NCBI GenBank assembly: GCA_963695555.1
Contig: CAVOGR010000005.1
Span: forward strand, 96,001-160,000
Reading direction: 5' to 3'
Length of the DNA stretch: 64,000 bases
From: an uncultured Gemmatimonadales bacterium
Lineage (GTDB): Bacteria > Gemmatimonadota > Gemmatimonadetes > Gemmatimonadales > GWC2-71-9
The position numbers and the translations under genes are program-made. The notes under the pieces are model-generated. The model did not search any database. It was not told the DNA's origin and worked only from the letters and a program-made list of their open reading frames with translations. Of the stretch, positions 33,563 through 42,092 are shown piece by piece (positions within the stretch are counted from its first letter, which is position 1; each line of letters begins with the position of its first letter).

Positions 33563-34528
33563 CTAGTTCGGCCATGAGGACCAGTTGCCGCAGTACGCGG
33601 CATTGTCGGTGCCCAACGGCCCGCGCAGGACGCCGAGAATGAAGGCGTTCATGGCGGCCCGGGGGGCCACGATCAGCCTACTGGCGCTCAGGTTGACCGA
33701 TACCTTGCCGAAGTGTCCCAGCTCGAGCGCATGGCCGTTCTCATGGAAGGCCACGGTCTCGATATCGATGTCGGTGGTGTTGGAGGTGGTCCATGTGAAA
33801 GCGTCGTTGTACCAGACTTCCTTGAGTGCAGTATCCGTCCGGCCGTTGTTGTCGATGTCGGATGGCGTGAAGTTGCCCTGGCCGTCGAATGAGCCAAAGA
33901 TGAAGGTGAAGGTGACGCCTAACACGTTCTGGCTTGCTCCTGGCCCGAGGAAGACGTCGAAGAAGGCCCCGGGCAGGAACCCGAGCGTATAGATGTCGGC
34001 CGCGAACGGATCCCCGATGCCGAGCACTGCGGTGTGCAACTGGCCGTCGTCCGCCCGCTTCACGATGTTGAGCTTCGAGCACTGGACGTTCGCCCATGTA
34101 TCGAACGACGCGTCGATCGCAGGCTCTGCATTGATGGTGCCGTTCGCGATACCGAATGACTGGTCTACCATGTGGGTGATGTTGCTGCCATCAGCCGCGC
34201 GGCGGGCATCACCGGGTACCCACTTGGAGCTGAGCCGAAGATTGCGATCGAAGGCGAAGACGATCTGGGCCTGGTCGGCCGATGCGTCTGGGCCGAGCGA
34301 GATCTCAGCCATCTCGACCGCGTAACCCGCGCCTGCGGCCGCGAGTCCGGCATTGATCTCCTGGAGCTTGGCGCTGACCACGTCACCTGTTGCGGCAGCG
34401 CCCGTGGCGAACGCCGGACCCTGGACCTCGGACCCAGAAGTCGTCGGCGCTGTCGGTTCGGAGGCACAGGCGGTAATGCCAACCGCGACAGCAAGAGCGG
34501 CAAGCAGGGGATACTTACTCTTCCTCAT
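33563..34528 (-). CDS. Lipoprotein with a metzincin (matrixin-like) zinc-metalloprotease motif
   Basis: Signal MRKSKYPLLAALAVAVGITA-C; HENGHALELGH and downstream AAMN (Met-turn-like); GAGG upstream of ATG 34528. Confidence 0.7.
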   Translation of the reverse strand: MRKSKYPLLAALAVAVGITACASEPTAPTTSGSEVQGPAFATGAAATGDVVSAKLQEINAGLAAAGAGYAVEMAEISLGPDASADQAQIVFAFDRNLRLSSKWVPGDARRAADGSNITHMVDQSFGIANGTINAEPAIDASFDTWANVQCSKLNIVKRADDGQLHTAVLGIGDPFAADIYTLGFLPGAFFDVFLGPGASQNVLGVTFTFIFGSFDGQGNFTPSDIDNNGRTDTALKEVWYNDAFTWTTSNTTDIDIETVAFHENGHALELGHFGKVSVNLSASRLIVAPRAAMNAFILGVLRGPLGTDNAAYCGNWSSWPN

Positions 34529-34629
34529 GGGCAACCTCGAGTCGGCTATGTTGTAGGTGCGACGTTCGGGTGAACCAAGCAAAGTACCATTCCCAAGGGC
34601 CGTTTCGCTAGAGGCCTTCCTTGCATCTC

Positions 34630-35082
34630 TCATACTCCCTTTTCCTCCATCAAGGCATACAACTCCGCCGGGTCGGTGAGCGATGCGAGTCGACCCGGCA
34701 CGTCACCCTCGCGGACCAACCGGGCAACCTGTGCCAGCACCGTCAAGTAGAGGTTCGACACCTCGACCGGAGGAGCGGCAATGAAGAACAGGGCGTGGAC
34801 CGGCTCGCCATCGATCGCGTCGTATGCAACTCCTTGCACATGCCGGCCGAAGGCCAGCCGCACGCGGTCGAACACCGGTGAGCGGCAATGGGGAATGGCG
34901 ATGCCCTGGCCTACGCCGGTCGATCCCTCCGCTTCGCGTCCGAGCACCAGATTCGTAATAGTCTCGGAATCTTCGGGAGACAGGGTGAGGAGCGCCACCA
35001 TCTCCCCGAGGACCTCCCGCTTGGTCCCGCCGTGGAGGTCGAGGTCGATCGTTGTGGGGGAAATGAGGTCCCGGAGGCGCAT
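34630..35082 (-). CDS. PTS EIIA component (fructose/Ntr type), stand-alone
   Basis: REAEGSTGVGQGIAIPH (phospho-His), DAIDGEPVH. Confidence 0.88.
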   Translation of the reverse strand: MRLRDLISPTTIDLDLHGGTKREVLGEMVALLTLSPEDSETITNLVLGREAEGSTGVGQGIAIPHCRSPVFDRVRLAFGRHVQGVAYDAIDGEPVHALFFIAAPPVEVSNLYLTVLAQVARLVREGDVPGRLASLTDPAELYALMEEKGV

Positions 35083-35088
35083 GCGTGG

Positions 35089-35117
35089 AGGCTAGTGTGC
35101 CAGCGGGGGCATGTCAA
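35089..35117 (-). promoter_or_regulatory. Sigma70 promoter of the EIIA gene, probably leaderless
   Basis: Minus strand TTGACA-N17-TAGCCT-N6-ATG. Confidence 0.7.
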
Positions 35118-35127
35118 ACGGGGTTCC

Positions 35128-35156
35128 TTGATCCATCCCATTGAGAGCCATAGGTT
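35128..35156 (+). promoter_or_regulatory. Sigma70 promoter of dusB, probably leaderless
   Basis: TTGATC-N17-TAGGTT-N6-ATG (35163). Confidence 0.65.
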
Positions 35157-35162
35157 TATAGG

Positions 35163-36161
35163 ATGGCTTTGCCGCATTTTTCAGGCACCGACTTTCCTCT
35201 GATCCTGGCCCCGATGGCCGGGGTCTCCGAGGCGCCTTTCCGGCAGATCTGCCGTCGGCTCGGCGCCGACGTCGTCATGTCCGAGTTCCTGTCGTCCGAG
35301 GCGATCCGCCGCCGCATCCGGCCGCACCCTCGAAGGCGCGGAGTTCGAGGAGATGCGAGCGTCCGATCGGGATCCAGATTTATGGCGCCGATGCCCGCGC
35401 CATGGCCGAGGCCACGGCGCTCATCACGCGAGCACTACCAGCCCGAGTTCATCGACATCAACTTCGGTTGCCCGGTCAAGAAGGTCGTCCAGCGGAACGG
35501 CGGGTCGGGTGCCTCCGCGACATGGACCTCGTGGAGCCGATCATCCGGGCCTCTGTCGCGGCGACGCACCTTGCCCGTGACCGTCAAGACCCGGAGCGGT
35601 TGGAACGAGCTGAGTCGCGATCCGGTGGGCATCGCCCTCCGGATGCAGGATGCCGGGGCCAGGGCGTTCACCCTGCATGCCAGGACCCGGACCCAGATGT
35701 TCGCGCGGGACAGGCCGAACTGGGATGAGATCGCCCGGGTGGTGGAAGCGCTCGACATTCCGGTCATCGGCAACGGGGACATCCAGACGGCGAGGATGTG
35801 GTGCGCATGCGGCGCACACCGGGTGCGCCGGGTGTCATGGTGGGCCGCGGCGCGTTCGGCAACCCGTGGCTCTTCCGGGACGCACGGGCCCTCTTGGACG
35901 GCGCCGCACGGCCGCCCGCAGTTCCGGACGCCGCGGAGCGCTTCGCGCTGGCGCTGGAACACGCCCGGCTCGCGCTCCGACTGCAGGGAGACACCCGCAG
36001 GACCGTGATCGAGTTCCGCAAGCACTTGGGCTGGTACACCAGGGGGCTGCCGCACGCGACCGAGCTCCGGAAGCGGCTCTTCCAGGTCGAGTCGATGACC
36101 GAGGCCGAGGCGATCTTCGGTGACTATCTCTGCCCGCGGATCCGTCGCCCAGGTGGCGTGA
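35163..36161 (+). CDS. dusB: tRNA-dihydrouridine synthase, multiply frameshifted (probable assembly error)
   Basis: LAPMAGVS, IDINFGCPVKKV, VTVKTRSGW, LHARTR, IGNGDI, VMVGRGAFGNPW and RKHLGWY spread over several frames; TGA at 36159-36161 probably overlaps the larB GTG. Confidence 0.85.
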
Positions 36162-36931
36162 CGCCCGAACTCCTGGAGTCCCTCCTATCGGATGTCGCCA
36201 GCGGGGCGCTCACCCCACGGGAAGCCCTGGAGCGGCTGAAGCACTTCCCCAGTGAGCCATCCGACGTGGCCACCATCGATCACCAACGCCACCTGCGGCT
36301 GGGCCAGCCCGAAGTCGTATTCTGTGAAGGCAAGAGCGTGGACCAGTCGGTCGAGATCTGCTGCCGGCTTGCGGCCGCTGCCGGGACGTTCCTCGGGACC
36401 AGGGCCTCGCCCGAATTGGCCGAACGGCTGGGTCGCGAATTTCCCGCCCTCGAATGGAACGCCCTTGGCCGCACGGTCTTCCTGCCGCCGTCGCCGCGCC
36501 GCGCTCCGTCCGGTCGAGGCACCATTCTGGTGGTCTCGGCTGGAACCAGCGACCTCCCAGTCGCGGAGGAAGCCGCCGCCGTGGCCGAGGCTCTTGGGAA
36601 TCCGGTGGATCGCCTGGTCGACGTGGGCGTGGCGGGGCTTCATCGACTGCTCAGTGCCTCCGAGCGCCTGCGCAAGGCCGCGGTGGTCATCGTCGTTGCC
36701 GGAATGGAGGGCGCGTTGCCGAGTGTCGTGGGCGGGTTGATTGGCGTGCCGGTCATCGCCGTGCCGACGAGTGTCGGGTACGGCGCCTCGTTGGGCGGCT
36801 GGGCGGCTCTCCTCGGGATGCTGAACTCGTGTGCTGCCGGAATAACCGTCGTCAACATCGATAACGGCTTCGGCGCCGCCGCCGCCGCCCATCGCATCAA
36901 TCACCTCGCGCCGACAGAGTCGGCCCGATGA
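36158..36931 (+). CDS. larB: LarB-like (PurE/AIR carboxylase-fold) nickel-pincer cofactor biosynthesis protein
   Basis: DHQRHLRLGQPEVVFCEGK, AGTSDLPVAEEA, DVGVAGLHRL, AGMEGALPSVV, PTSVGYG, VVNIDNGFGAA. Confidence 0.9.
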   Translation: MTPELLESLLSDVASGALTPREALERLKHFPSEPSDVATIDHQRHLRLGQPEVVFCEGKSVDQSVEICCRLAAAAGTFLGTRASPELAERLGREFPALEWNALGRTVFLPPSPRRAPSGRGTILVVSAGTSDLPVAEEAAAVAEALGNPVDRLVDVGVAGLHRLLSASERLRKAAVVIVVAGMEGALPSVVGGLIGVPVIAVPTSVGYGASLGGWAALLGMLNSCAAGITVVNIDNGFGAAAAAHRINHLAPTESAR

Positions 36932-38412
36932 GCGGCGCCATGATCGTGCTCGGGCTCGTGTTGATCGCCCTGGGTGGATCGCGCCAGGGACTGCCGAATC
37001 TTGTGGTGGCCGCCGGAGGGTTCTTCGTCGCGTGGGGGCTCCACCGACGGCTTGCCAAACGGTCGGCGAGCCTGGCGAGGCCGGTTCCGCATTTCCTGCC
37101 CGATCCCACACTCAGTTGGCTTCGGCGTGCGCACAACGCGATCGGCGTCTGGGCGCTGCCCAAGGGAAGGAAGAACAAGGCACTCACCTACTTTCAAAGC
37201 GTCGACCCGACAGCCGGCCTGAGTCCGGATGTGACCGAGCTGCTCCGCGTGCGCCTGAGGACAGCGCCGCGAGAGGCTGTCAGCACTGTCGAACGGCTGG
37301 ACGCCGGGACGCTGGTGTCGGAATCGAACGATAGACTCACGACGGCCTTGCTCCTGCGACCACGCCCGACCCCCGGCGCTCTGGAGCAGGCCCGCGAAGA
37401 CCTCCGGCATCTGCTCGAGAGCCTCGGTCGACGGTCGGTCATCCGGGCGCTCGAGGAGGCGAATGTCGCACCGGTGGAGAGCGTGCGAAGCATGGCGTTG
37501 CGACTGGCCCACCAGATCGAACACCAAGCGGGTGTACGCGCCGCGGTGGCCTTGACGGAACCTGCGGGCGTTCGGGTGGTCGCGGTGTCGCCGAGCGCCG
37601 ATCAGCGGCTGGTCGGCCACCTGGTGCCGCCTGACAGCCCAGTGGCCGGCGTCGCGCGAGGCGAACGGGAAGCCGTTGCAGCCAAGGGCAACGTCTTCGG
37701 GGTGGAGGAGAAGGACGGGGGGCGGGACCGGCGGCGAGGGCATGAGGGTCGGGTGGCCATTCAAGGCATTCGCACGGCGGACGCCTGCCTGGGGGCGGTG
37801 GCCTACTGGCGGCCGCGTGGAGGGACGGTTCATCTGTCGGCCACGGCGGAGATCAGTGAGTGCATCCGCCGCGCCGCGCCACGCATCAAGGCGTCGCACG
37901 AACACGAGGCCCTGGGACTCCAGGCGACGCTCGATCCGCTTACCAGACTCAGGAACCGGCGCGGGTTCGAAGGCGTAACCCGGCGAATCGGGGAGGCCGA
38001 AGGAGCCTTGATCTACGCCGACCTGGATGAATTCAAGCAACTCAACGACACCCTGGGTCGAGAGGCAGTCGACGCGGCCCTGGTGCACTTCACCGAGATT
38101 CTCCGTCAGGAGATTCGTCTGGGTGACATCCCGGGCCGAATCGGCGACGAGGAGTTTGCCTTGTGGCTGCCTGACGCGTCGCTGGCGGACGCCATGCATG
38201 TGGCCAAGCGCATCCGCGCGACGCTGACGAGCACGCCCTGGGCATGGAATGGCCGGTCGTGGCCACTGAGCGCGTCGTTCGGCGTCGCCGCGTGCCCCGA
38301 GACCACGAAGAAGCGAGACGAGCTGCCGACCCAGGCCAAGGCCGCTGTGTCTCGCGCGAAGGCCGCGGACCGTGATCGGGTGGAGGCCGCGCCTGCCGTG
38401 AAGGGCCGGTGA
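36928..38412 (+). CDS. Membrane-anchored GGDEF-domain protein with degenerate GDEEF motif
   Basis: Two N-terminal TMs; DPLTRLRNRR, DLDEFKQLND, RLGD-IPGRI-GDEEF, SASFGVA. Confidence 0.8.
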   Translation: MSGAMIVLGLVLIALGGSRQGLPNLVVAAGGFFVAWGLHRRLAKRSASLARPVPHFLPDPTLSWLRRAHNAIGVWALPKGRKNKALTYFQSVDPTAGLSPDVTELLRVRLRTAPREAVSTVERLDAGTLVSESNDRLTTALLLRPRPTPGALEQAREDLRHLLESLGRRSVIRALEEANVAPVESVRSMALRLAHQIEHQAGVRAAVALTEPAGVRVVAVSPSADQRLVGHLVPPDSPVAGVARGEREAVAAKGNVFGVEEKDGGRDRRRGHEGRVAIQGIRTADACLGAVAYWRPRGGTVHLSATAEISECIRRAAPRIKASHEHEALGLQATLDPLTRLRNRRGFEGVTRRIGEAEGALIYADLDEFKQLNDTLGREAVDAALVHFTEILRQEIRLGDIPGRIGDEEFALWLPDASLADAMHVAKRIRATLTSTPWAWNGRSWPLSASFGVAACPETTKKRDELPTQAKAAVSRAKAADRDRVEAAPAVKGR

Positions 38413-38439
38413 TGCCAGTTGTCGTTGGCGGCGCGATCC

Positions 38440-38468
38440 TTGCACCTGCTCCGTGGGCCGTGTACGAT
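38440..38468 (+). promoter_or_regulatory. Sigma70 promoter of tmRNA
   Basis: TTGCAC-N17-TACGAT, 10 nt before the mature 5' end. Confidence 0.65.
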
Positions 38469-38478
38469 TCAGGTGCCC

Positions 38479-38842
38479 GGGGGCGATTGGCTTCGACGGG
38501 TATGAAGAGGAGGTCGCTGCGTGTCCAGGTCCAGGTTCCTGGTAAAACCGCTTGGAATTTTTCTAATTGCCAACTCTGAACTGGCACTGGCTGCCTAAGC
38601 TGAGCTAACGCTCGCTTAGCGCACCTCCGATGACGGAAGCCCGCCCGGGGCGCCCCCATCGGATCGCAAATCTGGGCTGGCTGGTCGTGGTCCTTCGACG
38701 CGCTCGGCGAGATTCTTCGAAGGTGGTTCCCCAACGGGTCGGCTCTTCACCGGTTGAGGAATGAAGCGGAAAGATGAGCCTACACACGTAGATGTGGCTT
38801 CGGAAACATATTCGGACCAGGGTTCGATTCCCTGCGCCTCCA
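38479..38842 (+). ncRNA. ssrA: tmRNA, tag peptide (A)ANSELALAA
   Basis: 5' GGGGGCG pairs with 3' CGCCTCC(A) including G3:U; TTCGAC near the 5' end; T-arm CAGGG-TTCGATT-CCCTG; tag frame GCC AAC TCT GAA CTG GCA CTG GCT GCC TAA at 38569-38598; CCA not encoded. Confidence 0.95.
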
Positions 38843-38847
38843 TGAAC

Positions 38848-38880
38848 CACGCGGGACGGCCGTACCGGCCGTCCCGCGTG
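38848..38880. terminator. Strong hairpin between convergent ssrA and purE
   Basis: CACGCGGGACGGCC-gtacc-GGCCGTCCCGCGTG, perfect 14-bp stem. Confidence 0.7.
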
Positions 38881-38914
38881 TGCGTTGTCCTACCGGGTCC
38901 CGCCACTGCCCGTG

Positions 38915-39409
38915 CTAGCCCGACTCAGGAAGAACGATCGCGGCCACCTTCTCCGCCTGGCGGCGTCGAAAGTCCGCGAGGCGACCACGCAGGTCCGTGT
39001 TTTCCGCCGCCAGGATCGCCACGACGAAGAGCGCGGCATTCTTGGCGCCCGCATCTCCGATCGCGAAGGTCGCGACGGGGATTCCGCCGGGCATCTGGAC
39101 CGTGGACAAGAGCGAGTCCAGTCCTTGGAGATGCTGGCTGGGCATCGGAATGCCGAGGACCGGCAGGGTGGTGTTGGCGGCCAACACGCCGGCCAGATGT
39201 GCAGCCCCACCGGCGCCGGCGATGATGCACCGAAGCCCCCGGCCCTCCGCGTCTCGCGCGTAGGCCGTCGCGAGATCCGGAGTGCGGTGGGCGGACAGCA
39301 CTCTGGCCTCGTTGGGCACGCCGAAGTCCCGCAGGACATCGACTGCCCGGCGCATCACCGGCCAGTCCGAGTCACTTCCCATGATGATCCCAACCAACGG
39401 TCTTTCCAT
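38915..39409 (-). CDS. purE: N5-CAIR mutase
   Basis: [38 protein letters not shown]. Confidence 0.95.
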   Translation of the reverse strand: MERPLVGIIMGSDSDWPVMRRAVDVLRDFGVPNEARVLSAHRTPDLATAYARDAEGRGLRCIIAGAGGAAHLAGVLAANTTLPVLGIPMPSQHLQGLDSLLSTVQMPGGIPVATFAIGDAGAKNAALFVVAILAAENTDLRGRLADFRRRQAEKVAAIVLPESG

Positions 39410-39425
39410 GTTTGTTTCGATCCCC

Positions 39426-42092
39426 TTATAGCGTTGCCTTCGTGCGATCCATGGTGCCACGAGCGGCCAGCACTGCTTGCGCGGCCGCGAGGCGCGCAAT
39501 CGGCACCCGGAACGGAGAACACGAGACGTAGTTCAGCCCCAAATGGTCGCAGAACGCGACCGAAGACGGCTCCCCGCCGTGCTCACCGCAAATGCCGATC
39601 TTGAGATCCGGGCGCGCTTTCCGTCCTAATTCGACGCCCATCTGAACCAGCCGGCCGACACCCTCACGATCGAGCACCTGAAACGGATCGGCATCCAGCA
39701 CTTGGTGTTCCAAGTAGTAGGGGAGGAACCGCCCGGCATCGTCGCGGGAGAGCCCCCACGTCGTTTGGGTCAGGTCGTTGGTCCCGAACGAGAAGAACTC
39801 GCTCTCGAGCGCGATGGCGTCGGCCGTCAGGGCGGCGCGTGGTAACTCGATCATGGTGCCGAGGAGGTACGGTACCGTGATGTTGCGTTCCTCGAAGACG
39901 GCGGCGGCGGTTTCCCGAACGATCCGTGCCTGCACCTTGAACTCGGCGACGGACGCGGTCAGCGGGATCATGATTTCCGGCGCCACCTGGCCCCGGCGCG
40001 ACGCCACGGTGCACGCGGCTTCGAAGATCGCGCGGACCTGCATGGCGGGAATTTCCGGGTAGATGATACCCAACCGGCATCCGCGAAGCCCAAGCATGGG
40101 GTTCACTTCGCTCAACCCCTCGACGATCCGAGTCATCTCCTCGGTGGTGCGGTCCAGTTCGCTGGCCAGCTTGGCGATCTCCTCGGGTTCCTTCGGGAGG
40201 AACTCGTGCAGCGGCGGATCGAGCAGTCGAATAGTGACCGGGTAGCCTTCCATTGCGCGGAAGATGCCTTCGAAGTCAGCCCGCTGCATCGGCAACAGCT
40301 TGCCCAGCGCTTTCTGACGACCCTCGGAATCCTGGGCAACGATCATTTCCCGCATGGCCTGCAACCGGGTGCCCTCGAAGAACATGTGCTCGGTGCGGCA
40401 CAAGCCGATGCCCTCGGCCCCGAATTCCCGGCCACGGTGGGCGTCGGCCGGGGTGTCTGCGTTGACCCGGACCTTCAAGTTGCGAAGCTTGTCTGCCCAG
40501 GTCATGAGGCGGCGGAAGTTATCGCTCAGCTCGGGAGCGATCAGGGCCGCCTTGCCGGCGTGCACCTGCCCCCGTGTCCCATCGATGGTGATCCACTCGC
40601 CCTCGCGAATCGACCGACCGTCGACCGAAAAAAGACGAGCCTCCTCATCCACGATGAGCTTTTGCGCGCCGGCAACACAGGGCTTCCCCATGCCGCGGGC
40701 CACCACGGCCGCGTGGGACGTCATGCCGCCTCGGGCGGTGAGAATGGCCTTGGCCACTACCATCCCGTGAAAATCCTCGGGACTGGTCTCGCGACGGACG
40801 AGAATCACGGGTTGTCCCGTACGCCCGATGCGCTCCGCCTCATCGGCCTCGAATACCACAGCACCGCTCGCGGCCCCGGGAGACGCCGGCAAACCGGTGG
40901 TCAAGAGATCGAGCTCCGCCGACGGATCGATGGTCGGATGGAGCAGCTGATCGAGATCGTTGGGCGGCACGCGTGCCACCGCTTCCTCTTCACTCACCAC
41001 TCCTTCGTCCACCATTTCGCACGCAATTCGTACGGCGGCATGCCCGGTGCGTTGCGCCCGCCTGGTTTGGAGCATGTACAGCTTGCCGCGCTCGATGGTG
41101 AACTCCATGTCCTGGACATCGCGGAAGTGCCGCTCCAATCGCTGGGCCATTTGCGCCAACTCGGCGTAGGCAGCAGGCATGACCCGCTCCAGGTCGGCGA
41201 TCGGCTGCGGGTCGCGCGTACCGGACACGACGTCCTCGCCTTGGGCATTGATGAGGAACTCCCCGTACAGAGCGCGCTCACCGGTCGACGGATTGCGGGT
41301 GAACGCAACGCCGGTGCCGGAGTCCTCACCCAGGTTGCCGAACACCATAGCCATGACGTTGACCGCGGTGCCGAGGGAATCCGGGATGTCGTGCAACCGC
41401 CGGTAATCGATGGCGCGCTTGGTGTTCCAGCTCTCGAATACGGCGGCGATAGCGCCCCAGAGTTGGTCGATCGGGTCGTCGGGAAACTCGCGCCCGGTTT
41501 CCTGCTGAATCACATGCTTGTACTTCGTGACCAGGGACCGCAGATCGTCCACTGGCAGGTCGATGTCGCGCTCGGCCGCATGTGCCTGCTTCCGTTCGGC
41601 GAGAATGGCCTCGAAGCGCTCCTTGGGAACGCCGTAGACCACGGCGCCGTACATCTGGACGAAACGCCGGTAGCTGTCCCAGGCGAACTGTGGGTTGTTC
41701 GCCTCACGCTCCAACGCCGCTACCGTGTCGTCGTTGAGCCCCAGATTGAGAATGGTTTCCATCATGCCGGGCATCGACAGCGCCGCGCCCGACCGGACCG
41801 ACACCAGGAGCGGAGCCTTGGTTCCGCCGAACTGTCGGCGTGTCGCGGCCTCGATCCGGTTGAGGCTGGCCTCGACCTCGGTCCGGAGTCGGCCCGGGAA
41901 GGCGCCCGTTTGCAGGTATGTCTGGCAGAGCGTGCTCGCGATGGTGAATCCCGGCGGGACTCGGACTCCGATGCTGGTCATTTCGGCGAGCGAAGCGCCC
42001 TTGCCGCCCAGGGTGTCCTTCATGGCCGCCGAGCCGTCGGCCCGGCCTGATCCGAAGAAATAGACCAACGGCTGTGTCGTGGAGTGATTCAT
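39426..42092 (-). CDS. ppdK: Pyruvate, phosphate dikinase
   Basis: [49 protein letters not shown]. Confidence 0.96.
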   Translation of the reverse strand: MNHSTTQPLVYFFGSGRADGSAAMKDTLGGKGASLAEMTSIGVRVPPGFTIASTLCQTYLQTGAFPGRLRTEVEASLNRIEAATRRQFGGTKAPLLVSVRSGAALSMPGMMETILNLGLNDDTVAALEREANNPQFAWDSYRRFVQMYGAVVYGVPKERFEAILAERKQAHAAERDIDLPVDDLRSLVTKYKHVIQQETGREFPDDPIDQLWGAIAAVFESWNTKRAIDYRRLHDIPDSLGTAVNVMAMVFGNLGEDSGTGVAFTRNPSTGERALYGEFLINAQGEDVVSGTRDPQPIADLERVMPAAYAELAQMAQRLERHFRDVQDMEFTIERGKLYMLQTRRAQRTGHAAVRIACEMVDEGVVSEEEAVARVPPNDLDQLLHPTIDPSAELDLLTTGLPASPGAASGAVVFEADEAERIGRTGQPVILVRRETSPEDFHGMVVAKAILTARGGMTSHAAVVARGMGKPCVAGAQKLIVDEEARLFSVDGRSIREGEWITIDGTRGQVHAGKAALIAPELSDNFRRLMTWADKLRNLKVRVNADTPADAHRGREFGAEGIGLCRTEHMFFEGTRLQAMREMIVAQDSEGRQKALGKLLPMQRADFEGIFRAMEGYPVTIRLLDPPLHEFLPKEPEEIAKLASELDRTTEEMTRIVEGLSEVNPMLGLRGCRLGIIYPEIPAMQVRAIFEAACTVASRRGQVAPEIMIPLTASVAEFKVQARIVRETAAAVFEERNITVPYLLGTMIELPRAALTADAIALESEFFSFGTNDLTQTTWGLSRDDAGRFLPYYLEHQVLDADPFQVLDREGVGRLVQMGVELGRKARPDLKIGICGEHGGEPSSVAFCDHLGLNYVSCSPFRVPIARLAAAQAVLAARGTMDRTKATL

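Noticed and set aside
34564..34575. Palindrome GTTC-GGGT-GAAC upstream of the metalloprotease gene as an SOS box
   Set aside because: Half-sites are in the opposite order to the Gram-positive GAAC-N4-GTTC box and do not match the lexA direct repeat; too short to support
33480..34625. TGCAAGGAA / TTCCTTGCA inverted 9-mers flanking the metalloprotease gene as mobile-element ends
   Set aside because: Only 9 bp, the left copy is part of a local hairpin, and there is no transposase or target-site duplication
35798..36931. Apparent DusB-LarB fusion ORF
   Set aside because: Removing one base near 36131 gives dusB a TGA overlapping the larB GTG; the region is indel-rich
38843..38915. Genomic island or prophage at tmRNA
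   Set aside because: No integrase, att duplication or foreign genes; purE follows immediately
40206..42050. Long antisense or alternative-frame ORFs (e.g. 614 aa opposite ppdK, 523 aa opposite htrA, 519 aa opposite accC)
   Set aside because: Shadow ORFs expected in high-GC coding DNA; no recognisable motifs
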